DNA of 64,000 bases. Source: an uncultured Enterobacteriaceae bacterium (GTDB lineage Bacteria > Pseudomonadota > Gammaproteobacteria > Enterobacterales > Enterobacteriaceae). Location of the stretch: positions 2,958-66,957 of the forward strand of contig CANRKT010000008.1 of the NCBI GenBank assembly GCA_947631255.1, in the 5' to 3' direction. Positions 1-8,876 of this stretch are shown here, piece by piece. The first letter of the stretch is position 1. The number at the start of each line of letters is the position of its first letter. A model generated the notes under the pieces. That model worked only from the letters and a program-made list of their open reading frames with translations. It had not been told where the DNA came from and made no database searches. Both the position numbers and the translations under genes were made by a program.

Positions 1-16
1 AAAAAATAGCGGATAG

Positions 17-94
17 AAAAAGAAAAGGCCACATACCTGTGGCCAAAAATTCATCGCTGAATACAGAGATGATGATAATAAATGCGCGTCTTTC
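17..94 (-). ncRNA. micA: MicA (SraD) sigmaE-dependent Hfq sRNA
   Basis: Minus strand reads GAAAGACGCGCATTTATTATCATCATCTCTGTATTCAGCGATGAATTTTTGGCCACAGGTATGTGGCCTTTTCTTTTT, closely matching the MicA seed and terminator. It lies divergent from luxS, as in E. coli/Salmonella. Not in the ORF track. Confidence 0.92.
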
Positions 95-100
95 ATATAT

Positions 101-127
101 TCAGACTCGTACTGGAAAGAATAGTTC
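101..127 (-). promoter_or_regulatory. sigmaE promoter of micA
   Basis: Minus strand GAACTA-N16-TCTGA, 6 nt before the MicA 5' G; matches the sigmaE consensus GAACTT/TCTGA. Confidence 0.75.
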
Positions 128-165
128 ATTTATTTTTAAAAAAATCACTTATCGGAGGTAATGAG

Positions 166-681
166 ATGCCATTGTTGGATAGCTTCACCGTAGATCATAC
201 ACGTATGGATGCCCCAGCTGTTCGTGTTGCGAAAACGATGAATACGCCTCACGGCGATACCATTACTGTGTTTGACCTGCGTTTTTGTATTCCAAATAAA
301 GAAGTCATGCCAGAAAAAGGGATACATACACTGGAACACCTGTTTGCTGGTTTTATGCGTGACCATCTCAACGGTAATGGTGTTGAGATTATCGATATCT
401 CACCAATGGGTTGTCGTACTGGTTTCTACATGAGCCTGATTGGTGTGCCAGAAGAACAGCGTGTTGCTGATGCCTGGCTGGCAGCAATGGAAGATGTGCT
501 GAAAGTTAAAGAGCAGAAACAGATCCCTGAGCTGAACGTGTATCAGTGCGGAACCTGGCATATGCACTCTCTGGAAGAAGCGCAGAATATCGCGCGTCAC
601 ATTATTGAACATGGCGTCGGTGTTAACAGCAATGAAGCTCTGGCACTGCCAAAAGAGACGTTGAAAGAACTGCATATCTAG
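166..681 (+). CDS. luxS: S-ribosylhomocysteine lyase LuxS (AI-2 synthase)
   Basis: [14 protein letters not shown]..., HTLEH metal motif, GCRTG. True start is ATG 166 after GGAGG; the ORF-track extension from 82 overlaps micA. Confidence 0.98.
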   Translation: MPLLDSFTVDHTRMDAPAVRVAKTMNTPHGDTITVFDLRFCIPNKEVMPEKGIHTLEHLFAGFMRDHLNGNGVEIIDISPMGCRTGFYMSLIGVPEEQRVADAWLAAMEDVLKVKEQKQIPELNVYQCGTWHMHSLEEAQNIARHIIEHGVGVNSNEALALPKETLKELHI

Positions 682-711
682 TACAGTGCTACAGACTAAC
701 GATATTTTAAG

Positions 712-746
712 AGGCCCCTTGCAGCATATGCAAAGGGCCTTTTTTT
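712..746 (+). terminator. Rho-independent terminator of luxS
   Basis: AGGCCC-C-TTGCA/GCATA/TGCAA-A-GGGCCT stem followed by a T run. Confidence 0.8.
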
Positions 747-747
747 G

Positions 748-1030
748 GTGTGCCGGGCATAGCGCGTTGCCCGTAAGCTCAACCGGCTGACTCTGGCAGT
801 TAAACGGATGACTCGGAGGTGAAAGTTCTCAACACACTCGGTAAGGGGAAGTGTTAGCTTGTTCACCGCGAGGTGAGTTCCGAAGGACGCTGAAAGCAAA
901 ACCGTAGTAGTCCTAACTTACCAACAGTGCGAAGGGCTGAACATGCTAACCGCAATTAGGATACGGGTACTCGATATCGATTAATAAGACACAAGGATAA
1001 ATAATGGCCGTCACAGCTTAGGGGGTAGAT
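748..1030 (+). mobile_element. Group II intron 5' remnant (domain I region; no RT ORF, no domain V seen)
   Basis: Starts GTGTG (GUGYG 5' boundary) 1 nt after the terminator T run. Contains GGAGGTGAAAGTTCTC, GAAGTGTTAGC, a CACC-GCGA-GGTG GNRA hairpin and TCCGAAGGACGCTGAAAGCAAAACC, in the order I recall for IIC-type domain I. The right end is approximate. Confidence 0.65.
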
Positions 1031-1048
1031 ATTCTCTATCTTACTGTC

Positions 1049-2068
1049 CTAGATAACCGGTTTGATTGAAGACTGGCGGATAATTAAATCACCTTCAACT
1101 TTCATTTTTAATGAGAGTATCGGTTGCTGCCAAATGGTTTTAAGTAAAGTATCTACGGCAAGTTCACCCATTTCGGCATAAGGTAAGTCCACTGAACTTA
1201 ATTCAGGCGTGAGTTCAGAGGAGATATTCTGGTTATCATAGCCAATGACCGCGATATCATCAGGAATGCGTAACCCCTGCGCTAAAATGGCCTGGTAACA
1301 CCCTAGCGCAATATAGTCACTGCTGCAGAATATGGCTTCTGGGCGAGGGGTAAGTTCGAGCAATTCCAGCGTTTTGTTATAGGCTTGTTTTAATGACCAG
1401 TTGGTGACCTGGATATAACGTTCATCAGGGTAAATATCATGATTTATCAGCGCATTTCGATAACCCTGTATCCTATCATTGGCCGCATCCATCCACAGTT
1501 CACCCGCTAGAATGGCAATCCTTGTATACCCTTGCTCTAATAAATGGTGTGTTGCTTTGTAGGCACCAATGGCATCGGCGGGTAATATACAGGGGATGGT
1601 AGGTTGTTCTGGGCTATAACCATTCAATATAACCATTGGGATCGCTAAATCCTGGAACATCGGCACTAACTGACTGGTCATACAGGATGCATAAATTATT
1701 CCTTGGTAGCTACCACTTCTGAGCTCTTGCTCTAACGCGATGCAATGTTCAGGTTCATTTTCTTGATCAAAAATAGCCAGCAACTTATTGTGTTGCCATG
1801 CTGCTTGCTGTGCAGCACTCACCGCTTCAATAAAGGGGTCGTGATTAATTAATCCATTAATGACGAGTGCAATTTTCTCTCTGGCAGCAGGACGTTCTGC
1901 CGTTTTATGGATATAACCCATTTCTTGAGCGATCAGCTGTACTTTCTCGCGAGTATCATCGGCTAATTTGATGCTATATGATCCATTTAAGACTAATGAA
2001 ACTGTTGATTGTGAGACGCCCGCCTTAGCCGCAATGTGGCTCATGGTCACCTTGTTTTTCTTGCTCAT
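1049..2068 (-). CDS. LacI/GalR-family transcriptional regulator
   Basis: N-terminal HTH VTMSHIAAKAGVSQSTVSLVLN, periplasmic-binding-protein-like effector domain, IPDDIAVIGYDN motif. Confidence 0.95.
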   Translation of the reverse strand: MSKKNKVTMSHIAAKAGVSQSTVSLVLNGSYSIKLADDTREKVQLIAQEMGYIHKTAERPAAREKIALVINGLINHDPFIEAVSAAQQAAWQHNKLLAIFDQENEPEHCIALEQELRSGSYQGIIYASCMTSQLVPMFQDLAIPMVILNGYSPEQPTIPCILPADAIGAYKATHHLLEQGYTRIAILAGELWMDAANDRIQGYRNALINHDIYPDERYIQVTNWSLKQAYNKTLELLELTPRPEAIFCSSDYIALGCYQAILAQGLRIPDDIAVIGYDNQNISSELTPELSSVDLPYAEMGELAVDTLLKTIWQQPILSLKMKVEGDLIIRQSSIKPVI

Positions 2069-2263
2069 TATTAGCTCTTTAATTACTAATGTGGGTTAAG
2101 TTTCGTCTCTGATAGTAACAGATTTCAGTCAATATAATGGTGTGTGACTTCCACCTGCATTGACTCCACATACTTCGACATTACTTCTCCCTCTGATTAG
2201 ATTCTTCACGATATCGTATAAGATATTGATATTAAATTGTTTTATTTCCGTCTGAAAAAATTT

Positions 2264-2279
2264 CGTGAATCAGCTCACC
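2264..2279. promoter_or_regulatory. Putative CRP site upstream of the glycosidase operon
   Basis: CGTGA-ATCAGC-TCACC versus consensus TGTGA-N6-TCACA. Confidence 0.5.
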
Positions 2280-2309
2280 CTTAAGCTATTGCGACGTTGT
2301 TATTATCCC

Positions 2310-2331
2310 ATTAGCTAATATATTAGCTAAT
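2310..2331. promoter_or_regulatory. Putative LacI-family operator (two ATTAGCTAAT palindromes; 20-bp perfect palindrome 2311-2330)
   Basis: TTAGCTAATATATTAGCTAA is a perfect inverted repeat ~30 bp before the glycosidase start, in the divergent regulator/operon spacer. Confidence 0.6.
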
Positions 2332-2361
2332 AAGACTAATAAACATTAGGGGTGAAGAGCA

Positions 2362-3426
2362 ATGAAGCAATGGTCTGCAGAAAAAGCATGGGAATGGCAT
2401 AAAAAACAGGGATGGCTATGTGGTTTTAACTATCTGCCACGTACTGCTGTTAACTGGACCGAAATGTGGCAACGCAGCACTTTCGATCCTGAAACCATGG
2501 CTCAGGAACTCGGCTGGGCTGCTGAGAGCGGATATAACACGTTACGCACCAATTTACCTTTTGTCGTCTGGCAACACGACAGAGATGGATTAATTTCTCG
2601 TATTGAACAGTTTCTCGATATTTGTCACAAAGTGGGTATTAAAGTGATGTTAACCCCGATGGATGACTGTGGTTTTTCAGGTGACCATCCTTATATCGGG
2701 CAGCAGAAACAACCAGTATCTGGTTTACATAACAGTCAGGCCGCAGCGAGCCCGGGTCGTAATATTGTTATGCAGCCTTATTTATGGGGACAGGTAGAAA
2801 GTTATATCAAAGATATCATTGGTCATTTCTCTCAGGATGAGCGTATTGCAATTTGGGATCTTTACAACGAGCCCACTAATCGCATGATATTCACATTAAC
2901 CGGTGAAGAAGCTTTCGATCCAGAACTGGAAAAATATAGCCACCAGTTAATGGAGAATGCGTTTGAGTGGGCACGTGAAGTTAATCCATCACAACCACTT
3001 ACTGTTGGTGCATGGCATATCGCAAATATTCTGGATCTACAGGCTCCTATTTATGAGCACCCGACAGACCGTCGGGCATTAGAGTTATCCGATGTTATTT
3101 CTTACCATGCTTATGTACCGTTAGATCTAATGCATAAAGCAATTGAAATTCTGAAAGAATATAAACGCCCCTTGTTGTGTACTGAATGGTTAGCTCGACA
3201 TGCAGAATCTAAAATCCATGAGCAGTTACCTTTATTTAAGGCTGAAGGTATTGGCTGCTATCAATGGGGGCTTGTAAAAGGTAAAACACAAACTCATATT
3301 CCATGGCCAGAAATAAAACGCATCGATGAAAATCATCATGAGCGTTGGTTCCATGATGTCTTAACTGAAGAAGGCATTGCCTATGATCCAGACGAAATAG
3401 CGATGATAAAAAGTTTAATAAAATAA
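2362..3426 (+). CDS. Clan GH-A (GH5-like) glycoside hydrolase, cytoplasmic
   Basis: WDLYNEP acid/base motif, LCTEW nucleophile motif, W..MW....FDP..M..ELGWA N-terminus; no signal peptide. Confidence 0.8.
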   Translation: MKQWSAEKAWEWHKKQGWLCGFNYLPRTAVNWTEMWQRSTFDPETMAQELGWAAESGYNTLRTNLPFVVWQHDRDGLISRIEQFLDICHKVGIKVMLTPMDDCGFSGDHPYIGQQKQPVSGLHNSQAAASPGRNIVMQPYLWGQVESYIKDIIGHFSQDERIAIWDLYNEPTNRMIFTLTGEEAFDPELEKYSHQLMENAFEWAREVNPSQPLTVGAWHIANILDLQAPIYEHPTDRRALELSDVISYHAYVPLDLMHKAIEILKEYKRPLLCTEWLARHAESKIHEQLPLFKAEGIGCYQWGLVKGKTQTHIPWPEIKRIDENHHERWFHDVLTEEGIAYDPDEIAMIKSLIK

Positions 3427-3516
3427 AAAATTCCCGCTATAGCTTTAAAAATAAATAGATTGCTATAACGGGAGTGAATAATTTTACTTGTATCCTATAT
3501 CATATAAAGGAAAAGA

Positions 3517-4881
3517 ATGGACATTAATCATTCTAGTGAAAAAATCCCAATGCGAGAACTCGCTTCTTATTTTGGGTATGGGGTAGGCCAATGCTTTAGT
3601 TTCGGTCTGGTGGGAACATTTATTCTTTTCTTTTACACCGATATCATGGGTATCTCACCCGTTGCCGCGAGTGTTATCTTCTTGATTGCCAGGGTCTGGG
3701 ATGCAGTGCATGATCCATTGATTGCTGGTCTGATGGATACCGTTAATATGCGGCGTGGTAAATTCCGTCCATACTTATTTGGTGCGCCTTTTTTAATTTT
3801 CATCGTCACGGTCATTGCATTTTATAATATTGAAGCCAGTCTGATGACGAAAACAATTTATGCAGGTGTAACCTATATTTTATGGGGGACATTATATGCT
3901 ATTTCTGATATTCCTTTTTGGTCAATGAGTACGGTCATGACCGATGAGCCGCAAGAACGGGCGAAAACGGCAACCTGTGCTATGCTGGGCGTCAATGCGG
4001 GTATTGGTGCTACCATGGTACTGTTTCCTTATGTTAGCGGATTTTTTGCCGAAAACAGTTCAGACAAAGGCTACCTTGCGGGCGTTATTACCTTGATGGT
4101 ATTCGGTTTAATACTGATGCTAAATGGCTTCTTTAATACTAAAGAGCGCGTAAAAGTCACGGTGGGCGAAAAAGTCACGTTAAAACATACATTCATTGTT
4201 GTTTGGCAAAACAAGCCGCTATTCTTTATTCTTAGCGCCTTCTTTATGAATGTGTTTTCCAATATTGTTAGCGCATTTTATATCTTCTTTTTCACCTATA
4301 ATATGAGAGATGCTGATCTCGTTTCAGTCATCGGTTTCATTACTTTTACCTGTGCATTAGCTTGCCTGGCTACACCATTTTTAACCCGACATTTTAAAAA
4401 GAGAGACTTGTTTATTGCTCTCTGTGTTCTTGAAATCATTGCGCGTATCGGCTTCTGGTTTACGGGGTATCATAATGTCGTCTATGTGATGATTTGGCTC
4501 ACTGTCATTACCGCTATTTTTATGATGACTAACCCTCTTATTTCAGCAATGATCGCAGATACCGTTGAGTATTCTTACTACCATACAGGTAAACGTTGTG
4601 CCGCTATCACTTTTTCGGGACAAACATTTGTGGGTAAACTGTCGGTTGCTGTGGCCGGGGGATTGTCTGGTTTAATTCTCGCAGTATTAGGCTATGTTCC
4701 TAATGTGGAACAGTCTGAGTGGACATTAAATGGGTTGTTCTTCTGTATTTCTCTGCTACCAGCATTGGGTGCAATAATTCGTATCCTGATTATGAGGAAA
4801 TATAAATTCACCGAAGATGAGCATGCTATTCTTCGTGAAAAATTGAAACAAGGTGAATTCCATCCATCGGTTAATAATTAG
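3517..4881 (+). CDS. MFS glycoside-pentoside-hexuronide (GPH):cation symporter
   Basis: ARVWDAVHDPLIAGLMD, RGKFRPY, SDIPFWSM, MIADTVEY motifs typical of MelB/XynP/GusB-type transporters. Confidence 0.92.
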   Translation: MDINHSSEKIPMRELASYFGYGVGQCFSFGLVGTFILFFYTDIMGISPVAASVIFLIARVWDAVHDPLIAGLMDTVNMRRGKFRPYLFGAPFLIFIVTVIAFYNIEASLMTKTIYAGVTYILWGTLYAISDIPFWSMSTVMTDEPQERAKTATCAMLGVNAGIGATMVLFPYVSGFFAENSSDKGYLAGVITLMVFGLILMLNGFFNTKERVKVTVGEKVTLKHTFIVVWQNKPLFFILSAFFMNVFSNIVSAFYIFFFTYNMRDADLVSVIGFITFTCALACLATPFLTRHFKKRDLFIALCVLEIIARIGFWFTGYHNVVYVMIWLTVITAIFMMTNPLISAMIADTVEYSYYHTGKRCAAITFSGQTFVGKLSVAVAGGLSGLILAVLGYVPNVEQSEWTLNGLFFCISLLPALGAIIRILIMRKYKFTEDEHAILREKLKQGEFHPSVNN

Positions 4882-4910
4882 AACTGTTCATTATTATTTT
4901 ATCATCTCGA

Positions 4911-4950
4911 AAAGGCTGGCGCAGGTCATGACTTACCTGCGCCAGTCTTT
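4911..4950 (+). terminator. 16-bp hairpin ending the glycosidase-transporter operon
   Basis: AAAGGCTGGCGCAGGT-catgactt-ACCTGCGCCAGTCTTT. Confidence 0.7.
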
Positions 4951-5044
4951 ATCCATGGTGTTCAAAATTCGCGGGTATGGATACAGCCCAATCCCCAATG
5001 TCCCGACTGAAAATATGAAAAGAGGGAAATCGTCGCCTCAAAAT

Positions 5045-5320
5045 TGTCAGTTCTTTACCATCAGTGAATGCTGTTATCGCTCTACGCGGAAAATCAGCAA
5101 AGCGATTTTATGCATGCTCACCTGTCAGATAGGCGTTCTGTGCGTTTGCTGAATACCATTGATAATTTCAATCGAGAAGCACTGGCTATTGAGGTTGATT
5201 TTTCACTCCCGGCTATTCGTGTCATAAGAACGCTGGAGCAGATCATCGAATGAATGGCAGGGAGTATGCCACAAAATGGCAATGGGTCTATAATCATGGG
5301 TGACCGAATAAGGCATGCGG
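5045..5320 (+). mobile_element. Degenerate IS3-family (IS407-group-like) transposase remnant
   Basis: Three collinear OrfB pieces: [12 protein letters not shown] (N-term), [49 protein letters not shown] (integrase core) and ATKWQWVYNHG*PN (C-term), separated by deletions and stops. Confidence 0.8.
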
Positions 5321-5435
5321 AGTTATTCTACTTTCTGCATAAGCTATAAGGTGAAGATAATTTTTCTAATTCTCAGCATTTCTCTCTGGTTCATAATTGT
5401 TATGCTAAGACAGTATCTCATTCAATCGGTTAACT

Positions 5436-6200
5436 ATGTCAACAGAGCTGTTGTTTGATTTCTCAACTCGCCCGATGGTGCCTTTTGCCCAGGATTATCA
5501 ACATGGTGCAAAGGAACCCTGGCATAGCCATAATTGTGCGCAGCTCTTGCACACGCTCAGCGGTGTGGTACGTGTAGAAACCGACCAGGGACATTGGATT
5601 GTGCCGCCGAGCCGGGGGGTCTGGTTACCTGCTGGCACACGTCATCGCTTGCAGGCGACCGGTGATGTGGCCGCCAGAACCTTGTTTATCGATCCTTTTG
5701 CCAGAGCGGATCTGCCTTCTGTTTGTCAGGTGGTACAGATTTCGGCTTTGCTACGTGAACTGATCATTAATGTTCTGACACTTCCGGAACGTTACAGTGC
5801 CGGTAGCAGAGAAGAGCGAATTTATGAGCTAATTCTCGATGAGATCCGGGTGATGGATACCTTACCTTTTAACTTACCGGAACCTCAGTCAGAGGCGTTA
5901 CTGTCGCTGTGCCGTCAGATTCAGGCACAACCGGGAATTCCCTGGACGACGGCGCAAGCAGCCCAAAAAATTGCTGTCAGTGAAAGAACCTTGTTGCGTC
6001 ATTTTCAGCAACAGACTGGCCTGGCATTCAGTGAGTGGGTCAGGCGGGCGCGACTGATGGAGGCTCTTAGTCTGCTGGCTCAGGGACAATCAGTGCTCCG
6101 GGTGGCTCTCGAATTGGGTTACGAGAGTCCCGGAGCCTTCAGTGCAATGTTTCGTCGCACACTGGGTGTGTCACCCAGCGATTACTTTACGCATCAGTAG
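5436..6200 (+). CDS. AraC-family regulator with cupin sensor domain (NimR-like)
   Basis: WHSH..AQLL cupin N-terminus; C-terminal double HTH with VALELGYESPGAFSAMFRRTLGVSPSDY. Confidence 0.93.
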   Translation: MSTELLFDFSTRPMVPFAQDYQHGAKEPWHSHNCAQLLHTLSGVVRVETDQGHWIVPPSRGVWLPAGTRHRLQATGDVAARTLFIDPFARADLPSVCQVVQISALLRELIINVLTLPERYSAGSREERIYELILDEIRVMDTLPFNLPEPQSEALLSLCRQIQAQPGIPWTTAQAAQKIAVSERTLLRHFQQQTGLAFSEWVRRARLMEALSLLAQGQSVLRVALELGYESPGAFSAMFRRTLGVSPSDYFTHQ

Positions 6201-7857
6201 CTGGGGGCAGGGTATTGAGCAATGCCTGTAAAGAGGCGCGTGAGATATCGTTGTCAATACCGACGCCCCAGTGGCTTTCGCCGTGAGTGAAGTTACAGCG
6301 AATATAGGCCGCAGAACGACTCTCGCTATGCCGTCCCAGAGTGTGCTCATGATAGTTATCAATCGCCAGAGCGATATTAAATCGGCTTTTCAGTGCATCG
6401 GCCGCAGCAGACAGCAAGCCATTTCCTTTCCCCTGTAGGGTCATCATTCCTTCAGGCGTCTGAATGCGTGCCACCAGCAGTAAGGTACCGTCGGCATGAC
6501 TTTCACTGCGGTAGTCCAGCAACTGGCGTGAAGCCAGCTGGTGGGGACCGTATAAATCACGGAACAACTGCCACAGTGCAGTCAGGGTCATTTCATTTCC
6601 ATGACGATCGGTCTGTACCTGAACATGATGGCTAAAGTCTTGTTGCAAGCCACGCGGCAGTACCAGACCGTGATTCTGTTCAAGTATCCACGCAGCTCCA
6701 CTTTTACCTGACTGGCTATTGACGCGAATAACGGCTTCATAAGTACAGCCCATATCTTCAGGATCAACCGGTAAATAAGGCATTTCCCACAGCGGGGAAG
6801 GGGATGACTGACGGGCGGTAAAGCCTTTTTTAATTGCATCCTGATGTGAACCAGAAAAGGCAGTAAAGGCCAGTTTTCCGGCATAAGGATGACGAGGATG
6901 AACAGGTAACTGGTTACACTGCTCTACACACTCGACGACACTTTTAATATCGCTAAAATCCAGTTGAGGATCGATACCCTGACTATAGAGATTCATGGCC
7001 AGCGTCACCAGACAGACGTTACCGGTACGTTCACCGTTACCGAACAGGCAGCCTTCAACCCTGTCAGCGCCAGCCAGAATAGCCAGTTCAGCAGCGGCAA
7101 TACCACAGCCTCTGTCATTATGAGGATGAACGCTGATACAGACATCACTGCGTCTTGAGAAATGGCGGCAGAAATATTCAATCTGATCCGCGTAGACATT
7201 CGGGGTATTCACTTCCACCGTTGCTGGCAAATTAAGGATCATAGGTCGGGTGCTGGATGGCTCCCAGACATCTGCCACCGCTTCACAAATTTGCAGCGAA
7301 AAATCAGGTTCAGTGAAACAGAAGGTTTCTGGGGAGTATTCATAGCTCCACTCAGTATTGGGGGCCGCCTCAGATAAAGCTCTGACCTGGCGTGTGGCAT
7401 TGACCGCCAACTGGACTATCTCTTCCTTGCTTTGACGGAAGACCAGTTCACGGAATAAAGGTGCGGTCGCATTATAGACATGGACTGTGGCGCGCTTTGC
7501 TCCTTCCAGGGCGGCAAAGGTGCGATCAATAAGATCACTGCGTGCCTGGGTCAGTACTTGAATAGTGACATCGTCCGGAATACGTTTTTCTTCAATCAGC
7601 ATACGGACAAACTGAAAGTCGGTTTCAGAGGCAGCCGGAAATGCGACTTCGATCTCTTTGAAACCAGAAGCAATAAGCAGATCCCAGAAGCGCAGTTTAC
7701 GATCGCTGTCCATAGGTTCGGCCAGGGACTGATTGCCATCACGGAGATCGGTGGAGAGCCAGCGAGGTGCCTGAGTCAGAACCTTATCCGGCCATTGACG
7801 ATCGGGTAATGAAATAGGGGGATGCGGGCGATATTTTTGTGATGGGATTTGCAACAT
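6187..7857 (-). CDS. leuA: 2-isopropylmalate synthase, yeast/actinobacterial-type (LeuA type 2)
   Basis: WLSTDLRDGNQSL, YEYSPETF, ISVHPHNDRG, GNGERTGN, FSGSHQDAIKKG, IRVNSQSGK; differs from the canonical enterobacterial leu-operon LeuA. Confidence 0.93.
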   Translation of the reverse strand: MLQIPSQKYRPHPPISLPDRQWPDKVLTQAPRWLSTDLRDGNQSLAEPMDSDRKLRFWDLLIASGFKEIEVAFPAASETDFQFVRMLIEEKRIPDDVTIQVLTQARSDLIDRTFAALEGAKRATVHVYNATAPLFRELVFRQSKEEIVQLAVNATRQVRALSEAAPNTEWSYEYSPETFCFTEPDFSLQICEAVADVWEPSSTRPMILNLPATVEVNTPNVYADQIEYFCRHFSRRSDVCISVHPHNDRGCGIAAAELAILAGADRVEGCLFGNGERTGNVCLVTLAMNLYSQGIDPQLDFSDIKSVVECVEQCNQLPVHPRHPYAGKLAFTAFSGSHQDAIKKGFTARQSSPSPLWEMPYLPVDPEDMGCTYEAVIRVNSQSGKSGAAWILEQNHGLVLPRGLQQDFSHHVQVQTDRHGNEMTLTALWQLFRDLYGPHQLASRQLLDYRSESHADGTLLLVARIQTPEGMMTLQGKGNGLLSAAADALKSRFNIALAIDNYHEHTLGRHSESRSAAYIRCNFTHGESHWGVGIDNDISRASLQALLNTLPPATDA

Positions 7858-8080
7858 ACTGACTCTCCTTAGTTAGGTCAGTCTCTATCCTGACCGAGAG
7901 CCTTTCAAGATACTCACGCAAAACTGACAACATAGCATGAGTAACCGCCATTATATCGGTGACGGGTAGTGCGGGGGATGTCTGACAAGACAGGTCAGTC
8001 GCTCTTATCAGACCTGTCAGTATAGGTTTCAGGACAATTTGTACACTAAGAGGGAGAATGCCGTTAATGGTCAGAATGGA

Positions 8081-8599
8081 TCAACCAAGGTGTGATCCTT
8101 CATCCATTTGGTCAAGACGCGTCAGCAGCTTGCGGGTGATCGCTTCAAGCTGTGTTTGTTCATCTTTATTGAGTACTGACCAGATTTGATGAAGACAATT
8201 ATGCTGCGGAGGCAGTAACTGGCTTAAAAATTCGCGTCCTTGTGTCGTCAAATGTAAATGCAAACAGCGGCGATCGTTATCACTTTCATGGCGTTCAATC
8301 CAGCCACGCTTTTCCAGTTCGTCGGCAATACGCGTCGCATTGGTACGTGAAGAACCCAAAGCACAACTGAGTTCAGAAGGCTGGATACTGTGATTTTCCT
8401 GGGATTCTAACGTGATTAACGCCATAAATAATGTTTCGTTGATCCCTTGCGATTTCAACATTTTATTTCTATTTTCCAAAAGCTTACTATGCATATGCAT
8501 ACACATTCTGGTGAGAAGAATTTCCTGATACGGAAAATCCTCACAACGCTGCGCACGTGTTGTAAGCATCTGTTCAATAGGGGCAAACGAACTGTCCAT
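8081..8599 (-). CDS. mprA: MarR-family repressor MprA/EmrR
   Basis: [12 protein letters not shown]...[32 protein letters not shown]. Confidence 0.95.
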   Translation of the reverse strand: MDSSFAPIEQMLTTRAQRCEDFPYQEILLTRMCMHMHSKLLENRNKMLKSQGINETLFMALITLESQENHSIQPSELSCALGSSRTNATRIADELEKRGWIERHESDNDRRCLHLHLTTQGREFLSQLLPPQHNCLHQIWSVLNKDEQTQLEAITRKLLTRLDQMDEGSHLG

Positions 8600-8876
8600 T
8601 TTAGTATGACCTCATTAATTTCATCCAGTATAGTAACGGCGGTTGCAAATAAAGTAAATTTCTGATTCATACAAAAAAATACATTTATATACATTTTAAT
8701 CTTCTTGTTCGGTGGATTTTTTCCACGGGAAATTCAGCCACTGAGCGTTAAGCTGTGGAACAAAAGATAAAACGCCATGGGAGTATTATAGTTCGTTTTA
8801 ATGTCTTCAAACGATTAAAAGTAGACAGTTTCCCTGGTGAACTCCCCGGTCACTCAGACCGGGAGCAATAATATCA

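Noticed and set aside
82-165. ORF-track N-terminal extensions (luxS and similarly pheP, ddlA, proC, ppnP, sbcD, proY, tgt, secF, arcD, nrdR, ribD)
   Set aside because: Homology and ribosome-binding sites point to downstream starts; the luxS extension would overlap micA and its promoter.
1030-5000. Search for group II intron domain V/VI or an RT ORF downstream of the 748 fragment
   Set aside because: No AGC/CGC-triad D5 hairpin or YADD-type RT was seen. The hairpin at ~1022-1042 lacks a bulged A and a preceding D5, so the element is not called a complete intron.
7900-7960. Classical leucine attenuator leader for leuA
   Set aside because: The upstream ORFs lack tandem Leu codons, and no U-tailed terminator precedes leuA.
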